From the NCBI GenBank assembly GCA_030770535.1, contig JASVEC010000012.1, positions 1,240,001 to 1,304,000 of the forward strand: DNA of 64,000 bases, read 5' to 3'. The notes below the pieces were generated by a model. That model was not told the DNA's origin. It did no database searches and saw nothing but the letters and a program-made list of their open reading frames with translations. The translations under genes were made by a program, and so were the position numbers. The DNA comes from Batkoa obscura. Lineage: Eukaryota. Positions 36,288-48,130 of this stretch are shown here, piece after piece (the first letter of the stretch is position 1; every line of letters begins with the position of its first letter).

Positions 36288-36648
36288 TGTGAAAGTTAGT
36301 ACTCAGTAATTGGAGTTAGAGCCAGTTTTAGCTTAGTTAACTGGCCGTAAGTCAAAAGGCCTTAGTTTATGTAGCTAATATAGATTTAAATCAATAGGAG
36401 TAATACGCAATAAGCTATGAGCTATGTAAAATAAATAGAATACAGGATACTACTGTAAAATCTACATAAGATATTGTCAGAAAGACTTAGTGGCTTTATT
36501 AAAAGTAAAATATTAGGGAACAATTCAATTAAAAAGCCTTGAGCTATTATGTTGAAGAATCTCTTTTATACCCCAACTAGTTTTGTAAACAAGTTAAGTG
36601 ATTATTATGCGATAATCAATCATAGAGCTGATGAAACGATATTTCACA
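36288..36648 (+). mobile_element. Solo LTR nested in the 5' region of the Sola element
   Basis: TGTGAAA...TTTCACA termini; 5-bp TSD ATGTT/GTGTT (1 mismatch); homologous to 4838-5315 but about 120 bp shorter. Confidence 0.75.
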
Positions 36649-36739
36649 GTGTTTTGTATTTTTTATTAAATATTCAATAGCTATATAATATATAATTATA
36701 TAATTATTTGACTTTATTTTTTATTAAAATAAAAACAAA

Positions 36740-38456
36740 ATGCAAGCTTTTATAACTAAATTTCGAAATGGAATTTCTAAAAAATTTAATACAATAAGGA
36801 GAAGCACATTATATGAACATTGTAATTCATTTACATCAATTTTAACAACTATTCACAATAACCCAGAGTTTATGGAATTTTATAATAAAACAAAAAAAGG
36901 AAAAGAAATGTCATTAAAGTTTACTATTAATAATAACAGACTTAATCAAGCAATGTATAAAATTAGTGTTTTAAGGGAAACAGGAAATAAAAACCAACAA
37001 GTAGCATTATTATCGACTATAGCTTCAGTATATTCTTTTGATGAATGTAAAAGTTTTGGATTTAATACAAGTAAAAATCAATATGATTATTCAAAAATAA
37101 TTAATAATAATAAAATATCAACGTTACGACCTACTATCAAAAATACAAAAAAAATTAGAGATGAGCAAATCGAGATTATTATACAATATTTACTTGATAA
37201 TTCAACTATTTCATCGAGATTTAGTAAAAAAAATAATGATAAATATTCGTCAGAGAATATATATATTAAATAAAAGTAGAAGAATGATATACAGTAAGTA
37301 TTTTAATGATTTAAAAGATAAAGCAGTAGCTAGGTCAACATTTTTCAAATATATACCAAATAATTTTAAAAATCCAGCAAGAAAAACAGATTTATGTAAT
37401 ATATGTGCCCAGTATACAGTTAGAAAAAAGTTATTTGAAAATAAAATAAATACAGCGACAGAAAATAAAGCAGAGATACAGGAATCTTTTAATAAAGAAA
37501 AAAGGTTATATAAATTACATGAATTTTGTGTTGATACTCAAAAAAACATACTTAATGAAACTATTGAAAAACTAAATAATAAAATTTATATAATAATTTT
37601 AGACTTTAAACAAAATATGGAAATAGGAACAAGACCAGATCCAATAAACTTAGATCATTATAATAAACAAGCTATATCAGTATTAGGGTTTGGCGTTTTG
37701 TATTTAAAAAACGATAAAACAATAGGCAAAATTTATTTTGATTACTTATCTGAAATATTAAATCATGATTCAGCATATGCAGGAGATTGTTTAATTGATT
37801 TAATATCTAAAGAGCCTTTGTTTAAAAAGTTTACAAAAATTAATATATGGGCAGATAAAGGATATCATTTTAAATCTCAAGAGTTTTTACATTATATATT
37901 TGAAGAAATTTATAAAATAAATAGTAGTTTAAATATTGATCTTAATTTTTCTGCCGAGCATCATGGAAAAAGTATAGTTGACGGACATTTTGGAAATCTT
38001 TCACAGTGGAAAAATAATCTTGAAGCATTAGGTAAAATAGAAGATATTGATCAATTAATTTCAAAATTTGAGATTTTTGTTTGTGAAAATAATAGATTTA
38101 ATAACTCAACTGTCAATAATGGGCAAATAAATATAATTTTTAAAAAGTATGAAAGAAACAAAGATATAATAAAAATAATAAAAATAAAAGGTGTTAAAAA
38201 GTATTTACATTTTATTAAATGTGGTGAAAAACTACACTGTTATCCAGTATCTGATAGATCAAAAAAAAGCGATATGATTTCAATTAAAGTTATAGAGTCT
38301 ATAGAAAATACAAAAATTAAAAGGTCAACCCCAGCTTATCTTACAAAAATAACTGAGAATTTAAAAGTTTCAATATTTAGTAAGCAAGTAAGTAGCTTAT
38401 TAGATGATAGAAATCAATTATTAAATGTTGATATTACTCAAATTAATAATAGCTAA
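36740..38456 (+). pseudogene. Sola-like DDD transposase split by one frameshift near 37226-37270
   Basis: Overlapping ORFs 36740-37273 and 37161-38456; RKTDLCNIC...H zinc motif; putative catalytic Asp residues in LDFKQN, WADKGYHFK and HHGKSIVDGHFG. Confidence 0.8.
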
Positions 38457-38593
38457 GTTAATAAATAGTCAAAGACCAAGTAGTTGTAATAATAAGTAAA
38501 AACTATTATTATACTGCTTGTGTTACATAGGGATGGTTAATTATAGTTTTGGGGCTAACCACTCCCTCCCATGCAGCTATTTATTAACTTAGC
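38452..38593 (+). other. Predicted multi-branch stem-loop immediately 3' of the transposase stop codon
   Basis: 17-bp perfect IR 38452-38468/38577-38593 enclosing hairpins at 38477-38520 and 38522-38577 (paired by eye). Confidence 0.65.
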
Positions 38594-39092
38594 GATATAT
38601 TAATAATGTAATTATAACATTAAAATAATTTATTCATTTGATAGCAAATCTGCAGTGTTGAATATGAAACAGTTAATAATAAATATTTTTTAATAAAGTT
38701 ATATAAAAGTATATATTTATTTACATATTAAAACTTTGACTAATATCAATATACAGGCTATATTGGTAAAATCTTTGCTAATCCAGAAATTTATATTAAG
38801 TTTAATAAAAATTCCGCTAATTAACAATATAAATTATAACAAAATAATTTAAAACTGTGTCGGGTACTTTTGGCTTTTAATAAAGAATTTATTTTTATAG
38901 GATTTTAAGCAAAGTTTTAAAATATGAATATTTAAAAATTGGATAAAAAAATGAAACCAATTCGGACACCCCCATATATTTTTTATAGCCTTTTTTTAGC
39001 TATAAATAAAAAAAAAGATTTATTGTTAAAGCCTTATACTACTACTTGCTTTAAATGTCTTAAATTAAAATTAATAAAATAAAAATATATAT

Positions 39093-39190
39093 GGGGATGT
39101 ATTTTTTTGTTTAAGAATTTTACCAACAATCTTTCCACTCAAATAACGCTTAAAAGGTGGAAAAAATAATGAAACCAAAAAAACACCCCC
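39093..39190. mobile_element. Sola-derived MITE copy
   Basis: atat|GGGGATGTATTTTTTTGTTTAAGAATTTT...TGAAACCAAAAAACACCCCC|atat. Confidence 0.9.
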
Positions 39191-39329
39191 ATATGTATTC
39201 TAAATAGAAAAAATATAAAATTACAAATTGGATTATTCCGTCATTCTTTGAACATGTTCTTATATCTGAATTACCAATTAAAATTAGTATAAGAATGGAC
39301 TAAAAAAATAAAAATAAAATATTTCCTTA

Positions 39330-41680
39330 ATGATGGCGCATACCCAAGTTGAATTAAAAATTAAATGCCAGTAAAGCCGTATCTTAATGAAATGATAAAT
39401 AATTAAAGACAATTAAAGGGATTTACCTGATTTAGATCATCTTTCAAAAAGTGATCCTCAAGTATTTTTATTGGTGGCAGACCCAATCACACAGCAATTT
39501 GATGAAAGTAGAATAAAAGGTTGTACAGAAGTAATTAAAGATAATCTAAACCCCGACTTTGCAAAAAGTTTCATTTTGGATTATAACTTTGAAACGTTAC
39601 AAAAATTAAGGTAGGAATCCATCAAGATTTGGGAAATAATAATAGCTTATATTTTAGATTTATTGCTGTTGATGTAGATAAATTTGACAAAAAAGATTGG
39701 AGAGATCAAGAATATATCGGTAGCTTTGATTGTACTTTAGGTCAAATTGGTATTTATTAGAAAATTGAAATTTAAAATTATCTAAGGTTATTCAATTAGC
39801 CTCAAGTCAAGGTCAAAGATTAACTGGAGCTTTGCGTAATGAACGTCGGCAATTAAAAAAAGGTTCAATTACAATTTTTTTTGAAGAATTGGCGGAATCA
39901 AAATCCAATTTAAAGTATTATTAGTTGATATAGTAAAAGTATAAATGCTCAATTTTATTTAGGTTGATAGTATCTGCTTCTAATATACCAAAAAAGGTAG
40001 CTATAGCTTTAATTATATATAACAGTTTATATCAACTATAAATTATAGAAATCTTTTTTTGGCTCTTCTTACCCAAGAACTTTTGTAACGATTTCAAAAA
40101 GTAGAGAAGACTTAAATTGGGTAATTGTACATAAAACTGAGATTAAAGATAAAATATCGAATCCATGTTGGGCTCCTATTGAAAGTATATTCTATTATAA
40201 TATACAATAACACAATACTATAAAATTAATTTTTAGTACCATTATCTAAATTATGTAATGGCGATTTAAATAGAGAACTAAAATTTGATTTGATAAAAAT
40301 TAGTTCAGATGGATGTAAGATATTAATATTTACTTTTAATAACTTTATTAACACCTTAAATTTAAATAGCACAAAAAATATTAGGAACGGCAGCAGTAAG
40401 TTTGTTTATTTTTGATGAATTGAAGTTTATATTTATTATTTAGAGCTCAGTAAATTTATTACGTTCTAATTTTGAAAAAAGACAAGACAGTGTCATTTTG
40501 AATTTGAAGGATGTAGATAAAGAAACTCCTAAACTAATGATTGACCAGCTTCATATAGTCCCTGGACCTTATTCCTTTTTAGATTATATACGATCAGGTG
40601 TACAAATATCATTTACTATGGCAATTGATTTTACGCAATCAAATGGAATACCTTCAAATCCTAATTCGCTTCATTATATTGATAGGTCTGGAAGATTTAA
40701 TCAATATCAAACTGCAATCAGATCAATAGGAGATATCATTGCACCCTATGATCATGACCAATTATTTCCTGTAAGTATATATTTTAATATGATTTTTGTA
40801 TTCATTCAATATGTTTAGGTGTATGGTTTTGGTGCTAGAGTTAATGGCAGTGTATCACATTGCTTCCCTTTAAACATGAATTACAATCAGGTAGATACAC
40901 TTAATTTATTGAATTGAAACTTTTTAAAACACTTTATAGCCAAAGGTACAAGGAGTAGATGGTATATTAAATACATATACTAATGTAATAAACACAATCG
41001 AATTGTATGGTCCAACTAATTTTAGCCCAGTAAGTAATATATTTTTACATAAAGCAAAACTAAAAAAATGAAAAGGTAATAAACGAAGTAGTACAAAAAG
41101 TAAATGGCACTAATATGAGATCCAATTACGAAATATTAGTTATATTGACAGGTAACTAATTTATAATAATCTATTGTTTGTAATTAACTAATGCTATTTT
41201 ATTAATTTAGATGGAGTAATAAGTGGTAAGATCACAAAACTAAGTAATCGACTATTAATTAATCTCTAATTTAATTATCAGATATGGAGCTCACTGTTAG
41301 GTCAATAGTGGATGCTTCTACACTTCCATTATCAATTATCATTGTTGGAGTTGGAAATGCTGATTTTAGTAACGTAAGCAATAAATATACTTTATATATC
41401 ATATATTAATACTTTAAAAGATGGAGCGTTTGGATGGAGATAATAAAAGATTATCAGTAAATTAATTTCAAGATTCTAAAAATAAATTTAACTTTATTTT
41501 TAGTATTTTGATAAGTTCGCCTCAAGGGATATAGTACAATTCGTTCCGATGCGAAACTTTATGCATGGTGCTGCACATTACTTGTTACCAAAAGCAGTTT
41601 TAGAAGAAGTACCAGATCAATTAAAATCATACATGTCAATGAATAACATTAACATCACATTACCACCTTCTTATAATTAA
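39330..41680 (+). CDS. Copine (C2 domains + vWA), highly fragmented by short introns
   Basis: DLDHLSKSDPQV, IKDNLNPDF, AIDFTQSNG, YGFGA, LYGPTNFSP, ILT|DG, LSIIIVGVG and RDIVQFVP motifs; ends LPPSYN* at 41680. Confidence 0.9.
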
Positions 41681-41963
41681 TTTCTATAATAAAACGATAA
41701 TTTTCATTTTCATTTTCATTTTCATAGTTTTCATAACATATTTATTTTTCATTGTATTATCTAGGGTATAAAGTTATGTTTAAATCATTTTTAATAATTT
41801 ACAGTATTACTGCTAAAATATCTTTAGGCGATCCTAAACCATAGGGGCCGCAAATCAATTCAGCTAATAAATTTGATTTAAATGTTGAGAAATAAGATTG
41901 ACTAAGTAATTTGATAAAATTCAAAATAATAATTCAAGTTTTATCTAAATTTGTTTTAAATAT

Positions 41964-42061
41964 GTGGATGTATTTTTTTGTTTAATAATTTTACTAACAA
42001 TCTTTTCACTCAAATAGCGCTCAAAAATGGAAAAAATAATGAAGCCAAAAAAAACACCCCC
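41964..42061. mobile_element. Sola-derived MITE copy
   Basis: atat|GTGGATGTATTTTTTTG...AAAACACCCCC|atat. Confidence 0.88.
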
Positions 42062-42553
42062 ATATATATTTTGAAGCTGCAAGTAAAACACAATAATATG
42101 AAAACTAAGTTATCAATTAGCAAAGGAATTAAAACTTATTAAACTAAATTATCTCACTACTAGTAAAAAAAATAAAAAAATAAGGATATAAGCAAATACA
42201 TGTTTATAAATGCCTAGATTTTCTTTTCCTTTTTAAACTAGTTTATCAATTAGACTTCTTAAATAAATATACATTGTAAGCTTTTAAATATTGCTTTTAT
42301 AATATTTTTTAATTTATTGACCTATAAAATTTAAATTGACATTTAAATGAGATTTATTGGTTGAATTGATTTGTGGCCCTTATGGTTTAGAATCACCTAT
42401 CTTTAATATTGAGTTTAAAATTTTAGTAGCAATTATTACTGCTACTCTATTCGAAATGCGAAAATAGAATTCTAACCAATTATATTTAGACAAATAGTTT
42501 TAACAGTATTTTGATATTTTTTTAATTACTTTTTATTCTTTTTTATATTAAAA

Positions 42554-43239
42554 ATGAAATTAATTTACCATAATAACTTTATTATTACATTATTAAGCTC
42601 AATCTTCTTCTTGATCTCTAGAGCAAACGCATCAAGAATCAGTTATGAGCTTGTTGGCTACGAAAACGCATGTTTCTATAATACCGCTTTAGAACGTCAT
42701 CTTAAAGCTTCTTTTTATTTTTCGGTAATTTAAACTAAATAATTTTAATAATAATTTAATATAAAATATTTTAGATCTATAGAGGAGATGATTTTGAAGT
42801 AGATTATAGTGTTAAAGGACCAGGAGATCGTCAACTTATTTTTGGCGCAAATGTACGCCAAGGAGATTATGTTTTTACTGCTAATGATATCGGAGAATAC
42901 AGTTTCTGTTTTTCAAACCCAACTGGAAATATCAAAATTATCGATTTTGAAATTATTTTTAATAGCTCCGATGAATATACATCACCACTTAAACTTAAGG
43001 ACCCCGAACATCTTAATACTATGGAAAAAAGTTTAGTTTCTATTCAAAAAATTTCTTCTTCTATCATGCGTGACCAACGTATATTTAGATCTCGTGAAGG
43101 CCGAAATGAAGCTGTTATTACTGATTTATCTGGACGTGTACATTATTATTCTGTTAGTGTTGTAATAATTGTTGGTGTTATGGCTATCATTCAAGTATTA
43201 GCAATTCGTTCATTCTTTGCAACAAAGAGTCGCCATTAA
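42554..43239 (+). CDS. p24/EMP24 (GOLD-domain) cargo receptor; 2 exons (intron 42725-42774)
   Basis: Signal peptide, ENACFY, GEYSFCFSN, RSREGRN coil, transmembrane helix, FF in tail (RSFFATKSRH). Confidence 0.88.
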
Positions 43240-43835
43240 AAGGATATGTTTATACTTAAATAGACTCTCATAACGATTTTCTTATAAGGTTTAACTTTTC
43301 AGATTAATTTACAGAATACATTTTAAACATTTCGTTTATATTTAGATATTTTTATATTTAATAATAATATCCAAAATCGGAATGTATTAAATCAAAATAT
43401 TTTGTTTTTTTTAATATAATTTAACATTGAAGTAATTTTGTTAGTAATTAAGTCTATTTTCTGATATAAAACAAAGTGTGCTATGCTTATAAAATTTTCA
43501 TAGATAGCTATCATTTTAACAAGTCATTTAAATTTATTAAATTTAAATTATTAAATCATAAAATATCCAGTAAGTACAATTGTGTTGTTGATACTTTAAT
43601 TAAATTTAGCAATCAACTAGTCTAAAGTACAATTTGAATAAAAATATAATATTTTAATATAAATGATAGTAAAATTTAAGCATCTAAATTGTTTAGATAA
43701 TCTTAATAAAAATTATTTTTTATTGTAAAATAATTTAAATTAATCTTATTTTAACCTTTGGGATAATAATAGTATCGGATCAAAGTATGACTATACTCAT
43801 TTTGGACTTAATATAATAAAGAATAAGAATATTTG

Positions 43836-44357
43836 TTAAACATTGAATTGTCTAGGCTTAGGTAATAAAGGGCGTGAACCTTGGTTCTCTTCATTTTTTG
43901 AATCTGATTCTTGGTTCTCTGGCTTAGGGGAGTTAGTGTTATTATTGTTACTAGGATTTGTTTTTAAAATTTCCTCATCCCCTCTTTCAATTTTCATTGC
44001 CTAAATTAAAAATTAAAAATTAAAAATGAGCCAACTATTCAGTAATTAAAATACCTCTCTTATTTTTGCTAAATAGATTTTTAAAGCTTCAGAATAATTT
44101 TCGAATCCTAAAGAATGCATAGACCATAAGATATCTTCTCCATTGATTGTTTTACGTTTTTCTTGAAGGCAACGGTCGCTTGCTTCACTAGTAATAAATG
44201 AAATAAACTCAGATGCACATTCCTGGATAATTTCTTTAGATTCTTTTGAAATCTTTGCATTATCTGGTAAGGCTCTTTTCATAATTCTACCAACATTGGC
44301 AATTGGTAGGAGGCGATCAGAATCGATGACTTCGGTGTCTTTTTCTCTTTCACTCAT
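43836..44357 (-). CDS. HAP3: CCAAT-binding factor subunit B (NF-YB/Hap3); 2 exons
   Basis: [14 protein letters not shown]...[34 protein letters not shown]; second exon 44000-43836. Confidence 0.93.
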
Positions 44358-44423
44358 TGAATCTGTTTAAACTTAAAAAAAGAAATATTTTGATTTGATA
44401 AGATGGTTTTTGTAGAAAGTTAA

Positions 44424-44470
44424 CCAATAGTATCATGCGAAAATTCAATATCAAATCTTTATTGGCCAAT
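44424..44470. promoter_or_regulatory. Cluster of three CCAAT boxes upstream of HAP3
   Basis: CCAAT at 44424 and palindromic ATTGGCCAAT at 44461-44470. Confidence 0.5.
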
Positions 44471-44838
44471 AGTGATTTTTGTTGATAGTTAAGTGTGAGA
44501 TTAATGTTAAAGTCACAACATCCTCAATGAAAAATCAACCAGGTTTAAAACACGTAAGTTTCAATAAAAAATACCCTTAGATTTACGAACTCATTAAATC
44601 TAATACATTGTTATAAATTATTTAATACAATAATAAAAGTATTAGTTCACAAAAATTAAAAAATTAACATATTTGTATTATGCTATATTAGGTTTAAAAT
44701 ATACTAGTATAAAGGTATAGATATTTATATATATGATAGTAATTTAAAATAGAATATTTTGAAAACTATACTAAATACTATTAAATGAAAATATTAAACT
44801 AATAAAATTTTTATAAAATATTTAACTTTTTCATTTAT

Positions 44839-46254
44839 TTAAAAATTAAATTGAGAGGAAAGTGGAGTTGTCGGAGTTGAATGATTATGGAATAAAGTAT
44901 TTCCAGTAACTATAGATGTATAAGTAGGATGTAATTGAGATGGAAGCATTTTGCTTTGGTTGTTAGTAGTATTAGTTGGAGGATAGAATGGCATTGCACT
45001 TATAGATAATTTTGGGTTATTATTCAAGGCATCATTTAAACTTGGGTTTGGTTTAACTCCAAATGGGTTTTTTGAAAAGCTTAATCGTACATTTTTACTA
45101 GTAATGGACTTCATAATATTAGAATCATGTAAAAGTTTGATATCTAATAATTCCCCATTCTTTGATAAGATAGCGTTGGTGGCATCTTGAGTGGATTCAA
45201 ATTCTACAAAGCATATTGGTCCTGGTAAGGTACTTAAGTCTTTATTGGTATTCTTTTGGATCATATTTTGAATATGTTGACGATTGTTTTCCATTTGTTT
45301 GATCGAATCAGGGTCACGTGTAGATTCATTGTTTCCTCCAGGTATTTTATAGGTTAAACTTAATCTTTGATATCCTTTAACATCACTAAATAAATTGACA
45401 ATATCTTGTTCTAAAGTACCAAATAAAAGATTCCCAATAAACAATGTATTACAAGGTGAATTTCTATCACTATTATGAATTGGCTTATTATTTTGTACTC
45501 TGGGTAAATAAGTATTATTAACGTTAGCTGGTTTAAAATTATTGATACGATTGTTCATTAAATCATTATTCATTTCCTTTTGGTCCATATTACTATTAAA
45601 GTCATTAAAATAAGTGTTATTCATACTTAAAGGATCACTATATGAATTGAAAAATGGTAATTTAGGTTCTTGACGTAAATTAAAATCATATGATGAGGTA
45701 TTATAGAATGAAGGAAAGCTAAATTGATTGTTAACTAATGCATCTAAACTAGTTTGTACACGATCATTTCTATTATTTAAACCAGGAGGTGGGGTTTTGA
45801 AACTGTTATTTATACTTAAAACATCTTTAAATTTAGTATCACCTAACTTTGACTCCTTTTTATCGTCATTGCTTAATTTTGGTTGAGCAGAGATTAAATT
45901 ATTAAGAAGTTCCTCAATAGTCTTTTCTTGATCTAATATACTTTTAGATTCAGGTAATAAACTGTTGTTGATGTTACTAGTCTCTTTGATAATATCTTCA
46001 TTTTCTAACATTTCACCGTCCCTTTTAAATACAGTAACTTTTAAACTATTTTCTTGATCAAACTTATAACCATCGATCACTTTCTTAATATCAATGACTT
46101 GGCCAATGGTATCTAACTCAATAACCCCTGAGCTTTGGTTGTTGTTATAATTGAAGCTTAAAGTTGAAATATCTTTATAAAACATAAACATATTTTTAAA
46201 TTCACGTATTTTTATATCTTTAGGGAATCCAGTAATATTAATATTGTAAACCAT
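44839..46254 (-). CDS. Two-RRM RNA-binding protein, Whi3/Scw1-like
   Basis: N-terminal ITGFPKDIKIREFKNMFMF; C-terminal RRM NSPCNTLFIGNL...GPICFVEFE...VRLSFSKNPFGV; Asn-rich linker. Confidence 0.85.
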   Translation of the reverse strand: MVYNINITGFPKDIKIREFKNMFMFYKDISTLSFNYNNNQSSGVIELDTIGQVIDIKKVIDGYKFDQENSLKVTVFKRDGEMLENEDIIKETSNINNSLLPESKSILDQEKTIEELLNNLISAQPKLSNDDKKESKLGDTKFKDVLSINNSFKTPPPGLNNRNDRVQTSLDALVNNQFSFPSFYNTSSYDFNLRQEPKLPFFNSYSDPLSMNNTYFNDFNSNMDQKEMNNDLMNNRINNFKPANVNNTYLPRVQNNKPIHNSDRNSPCNTLFIGNLLFGTLEQDIVNLFSDVKGYQRLSLTYKIPGGNNESTRDPDSIKQMENNRQHIQNMIQKNTNKDLSTLPGPICFVEFESTQDATNAILSKNGELLDIKLLHDSNIMKSITSKNVRLSFSKNPFGVKPNPSLNDALNNNPKLSISAMPFYPPTNTTNNQSKMLPSQLHPTYTSIVTGNTLFHNHSTPTTPLSSQFNF

Positions 46255-48130
46255 TGTTAATAAATAATTGAGTATAAATAAATTCTATTGATAGTTAACT
46301 TGTTTCTAATGCTTTTATAAAATCCAAAATGTCTTCTATAATAATAAATAAATTATGTTTGAATAATAAAAAATAAAAATCAAGTAATATGCGCCTTTGA
46401 CGTTTAAAATAAAAAACAAAAAGATAAAGAGATAAATTGAAATTAACAACTATATTCTTTTGATATTTATATATATAGTACTATTTATTAGTTTATATTT
46501 TCTTTTTTACCTTTGATTCAAGTAAACTCTCCTTTATTCTCTCACGTTACCATTTAATTTCCTTAATTAAAGCATTTAATCTCTAACCCTATTGAAACAG
46601 CCAATCTATTTTCAACTTTCTCTCCCTAAATTCTAAATGTTCAAAACTCTTACATTTGATTAGGTTGCACTATTTAGCTTTTTACTAATATCGGAGTTTT
46701 ACAAAGTTTCATCAAGGAAATTTTCAAAAAGATTAATTTTTTTTATCAATATAAAACAAAAAATAAAAAGTATAATACATGTATTAAAATATGTAATTAA
46801 GTACTATAATACAATTTAAAATGTTTTAAACTAAAATAAGCTATGAATTAATATAATCTAACTTTCAAAATTCATATCTTTGTATAATAGAGTATTTTAT
46901 AAAACTTATAATAAAATAATAATAAAAATTAGAAGATTTAATTAATTTTGATTTTTATAGTATTTAAATCAACATTATATATTAAAATCGATAATTATAT
47001 TAAACTAATAAACAATGATAATGTAATGAATCTCATAATAAAAGATGGAACTTATTTTATTTCAAATTTATAAAATGGTAAATTATTTTTTAAATTATTT
47101 GTGCTATAATTTTTTTAAATATTACTTATAATGGTTTAAGTAATAAATTATGTTAAAAAAGAACGTTCAAATAAAAATTTTAACATCACTATAATATTTT
47201 CTTTTTAAGAAAGCTTCTACAATAATCTTTAAAAGAAATTTCAATAAGAATTAATGATTATTCAATTAAAGTAAGTAAATAAGTTATTATATTTTTTTGT
47301 TTAGGACTTAACTAAGAATACTTTTGAATTTTATACAAATAAAAAGCAAAAAAATTATCAAAACATAAAAAGATTGCTACATAATCTAATATTACTTTTT
47401 AATATAATTTTCTCATATTTATTGAATACTTTCTAATTCTACATTAGGTTTTATTGAATGCTTAAATTATATTATGATTTTATCGCTAGCTATCTTGAAA
47501 GATCTAAATATAAAGTACAAGATCATAAATGATCCCTATCAATTGGTTAAAAAGATTGTTTTTTATATAAGGAGATTGTAATTTTTTACATTATGAAACA
47601 ATGGATTCAAGTTTAACTTACTCAAATTTAAAGCTGATACATTGGTGTTAGAATATTCCCCAATACCATAGTATTCATTACATAACCTTACTGTTTCCTT
47701 CCTACTAGTTCTCCTCTCATCATTCAGTTCATTTCTACCTTTACCCTTTTCCAACAATTAACCATTTGGTAAATTCACTCTTTCAAGATTTAAAAAAAAA
47801 TAATATGTTCAATAAACAAATAAAACAAATCAAATAAAACAACATTATAATGAAAGTTATTAAAAATAGATTAGATCATTTAATAAATAGACAAACTTTG
47901 ATTTATGTATACAGCTTCTTAAAATATTATTGAACAGATAATAAAACTGAAATTTTTTAATCTGAGATTGCTAGTCCCTTTACTAAACGCAACAACAAAT
48001 TGAAGGGAATACTGGCGTTATTTTTTTTTATCAAATCAAATCAAGTTCGATATTTGCTTCATATTTAACTATTTTATGCTATTTATTTGAACTTTATTTT
48101 ACATCAACAATTTCAACTTTTAACTACCAA

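Larger units (their letters stand above)
36112..38973 (+). mobile_element. Full-length Sola-like (Sola2-type) DNA transposon
   Basis: Perfect 22-bp TIR GGGGGTGTCCGAATTGGTTTCA at 36112-36133 and 38952-38973; ATAT on both sides (4-bp TSD); encloses the transposase ORFs. GRG termini plus a 4-bp TSD fit Sola2. Confidence 0.85.

Noticed and set aside
36628..36650. CTGATGA in the LTR end, and CTGA...GAAA at 4891-4907, as a hammerhead ribozyme core
   Set aside because: No stem II followed by GAAA after CTGATGA, the other copy reads CTAATGA, and the 4891 motif lacks the CUGANGA consensus.
38457..38973. Fanzor/TnpB cargo gene in the Sola right end
   Set aside because: Only about 520 nt with no ORF or RuvC-like remnants visible.
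47563..47757. Short ORF with LLEKG...RLCNEY, reminiscent of Ty3 reverse transcriptase
   Set aside because: Spacing is wrong and no other RT motifs are present; cannot be supported.
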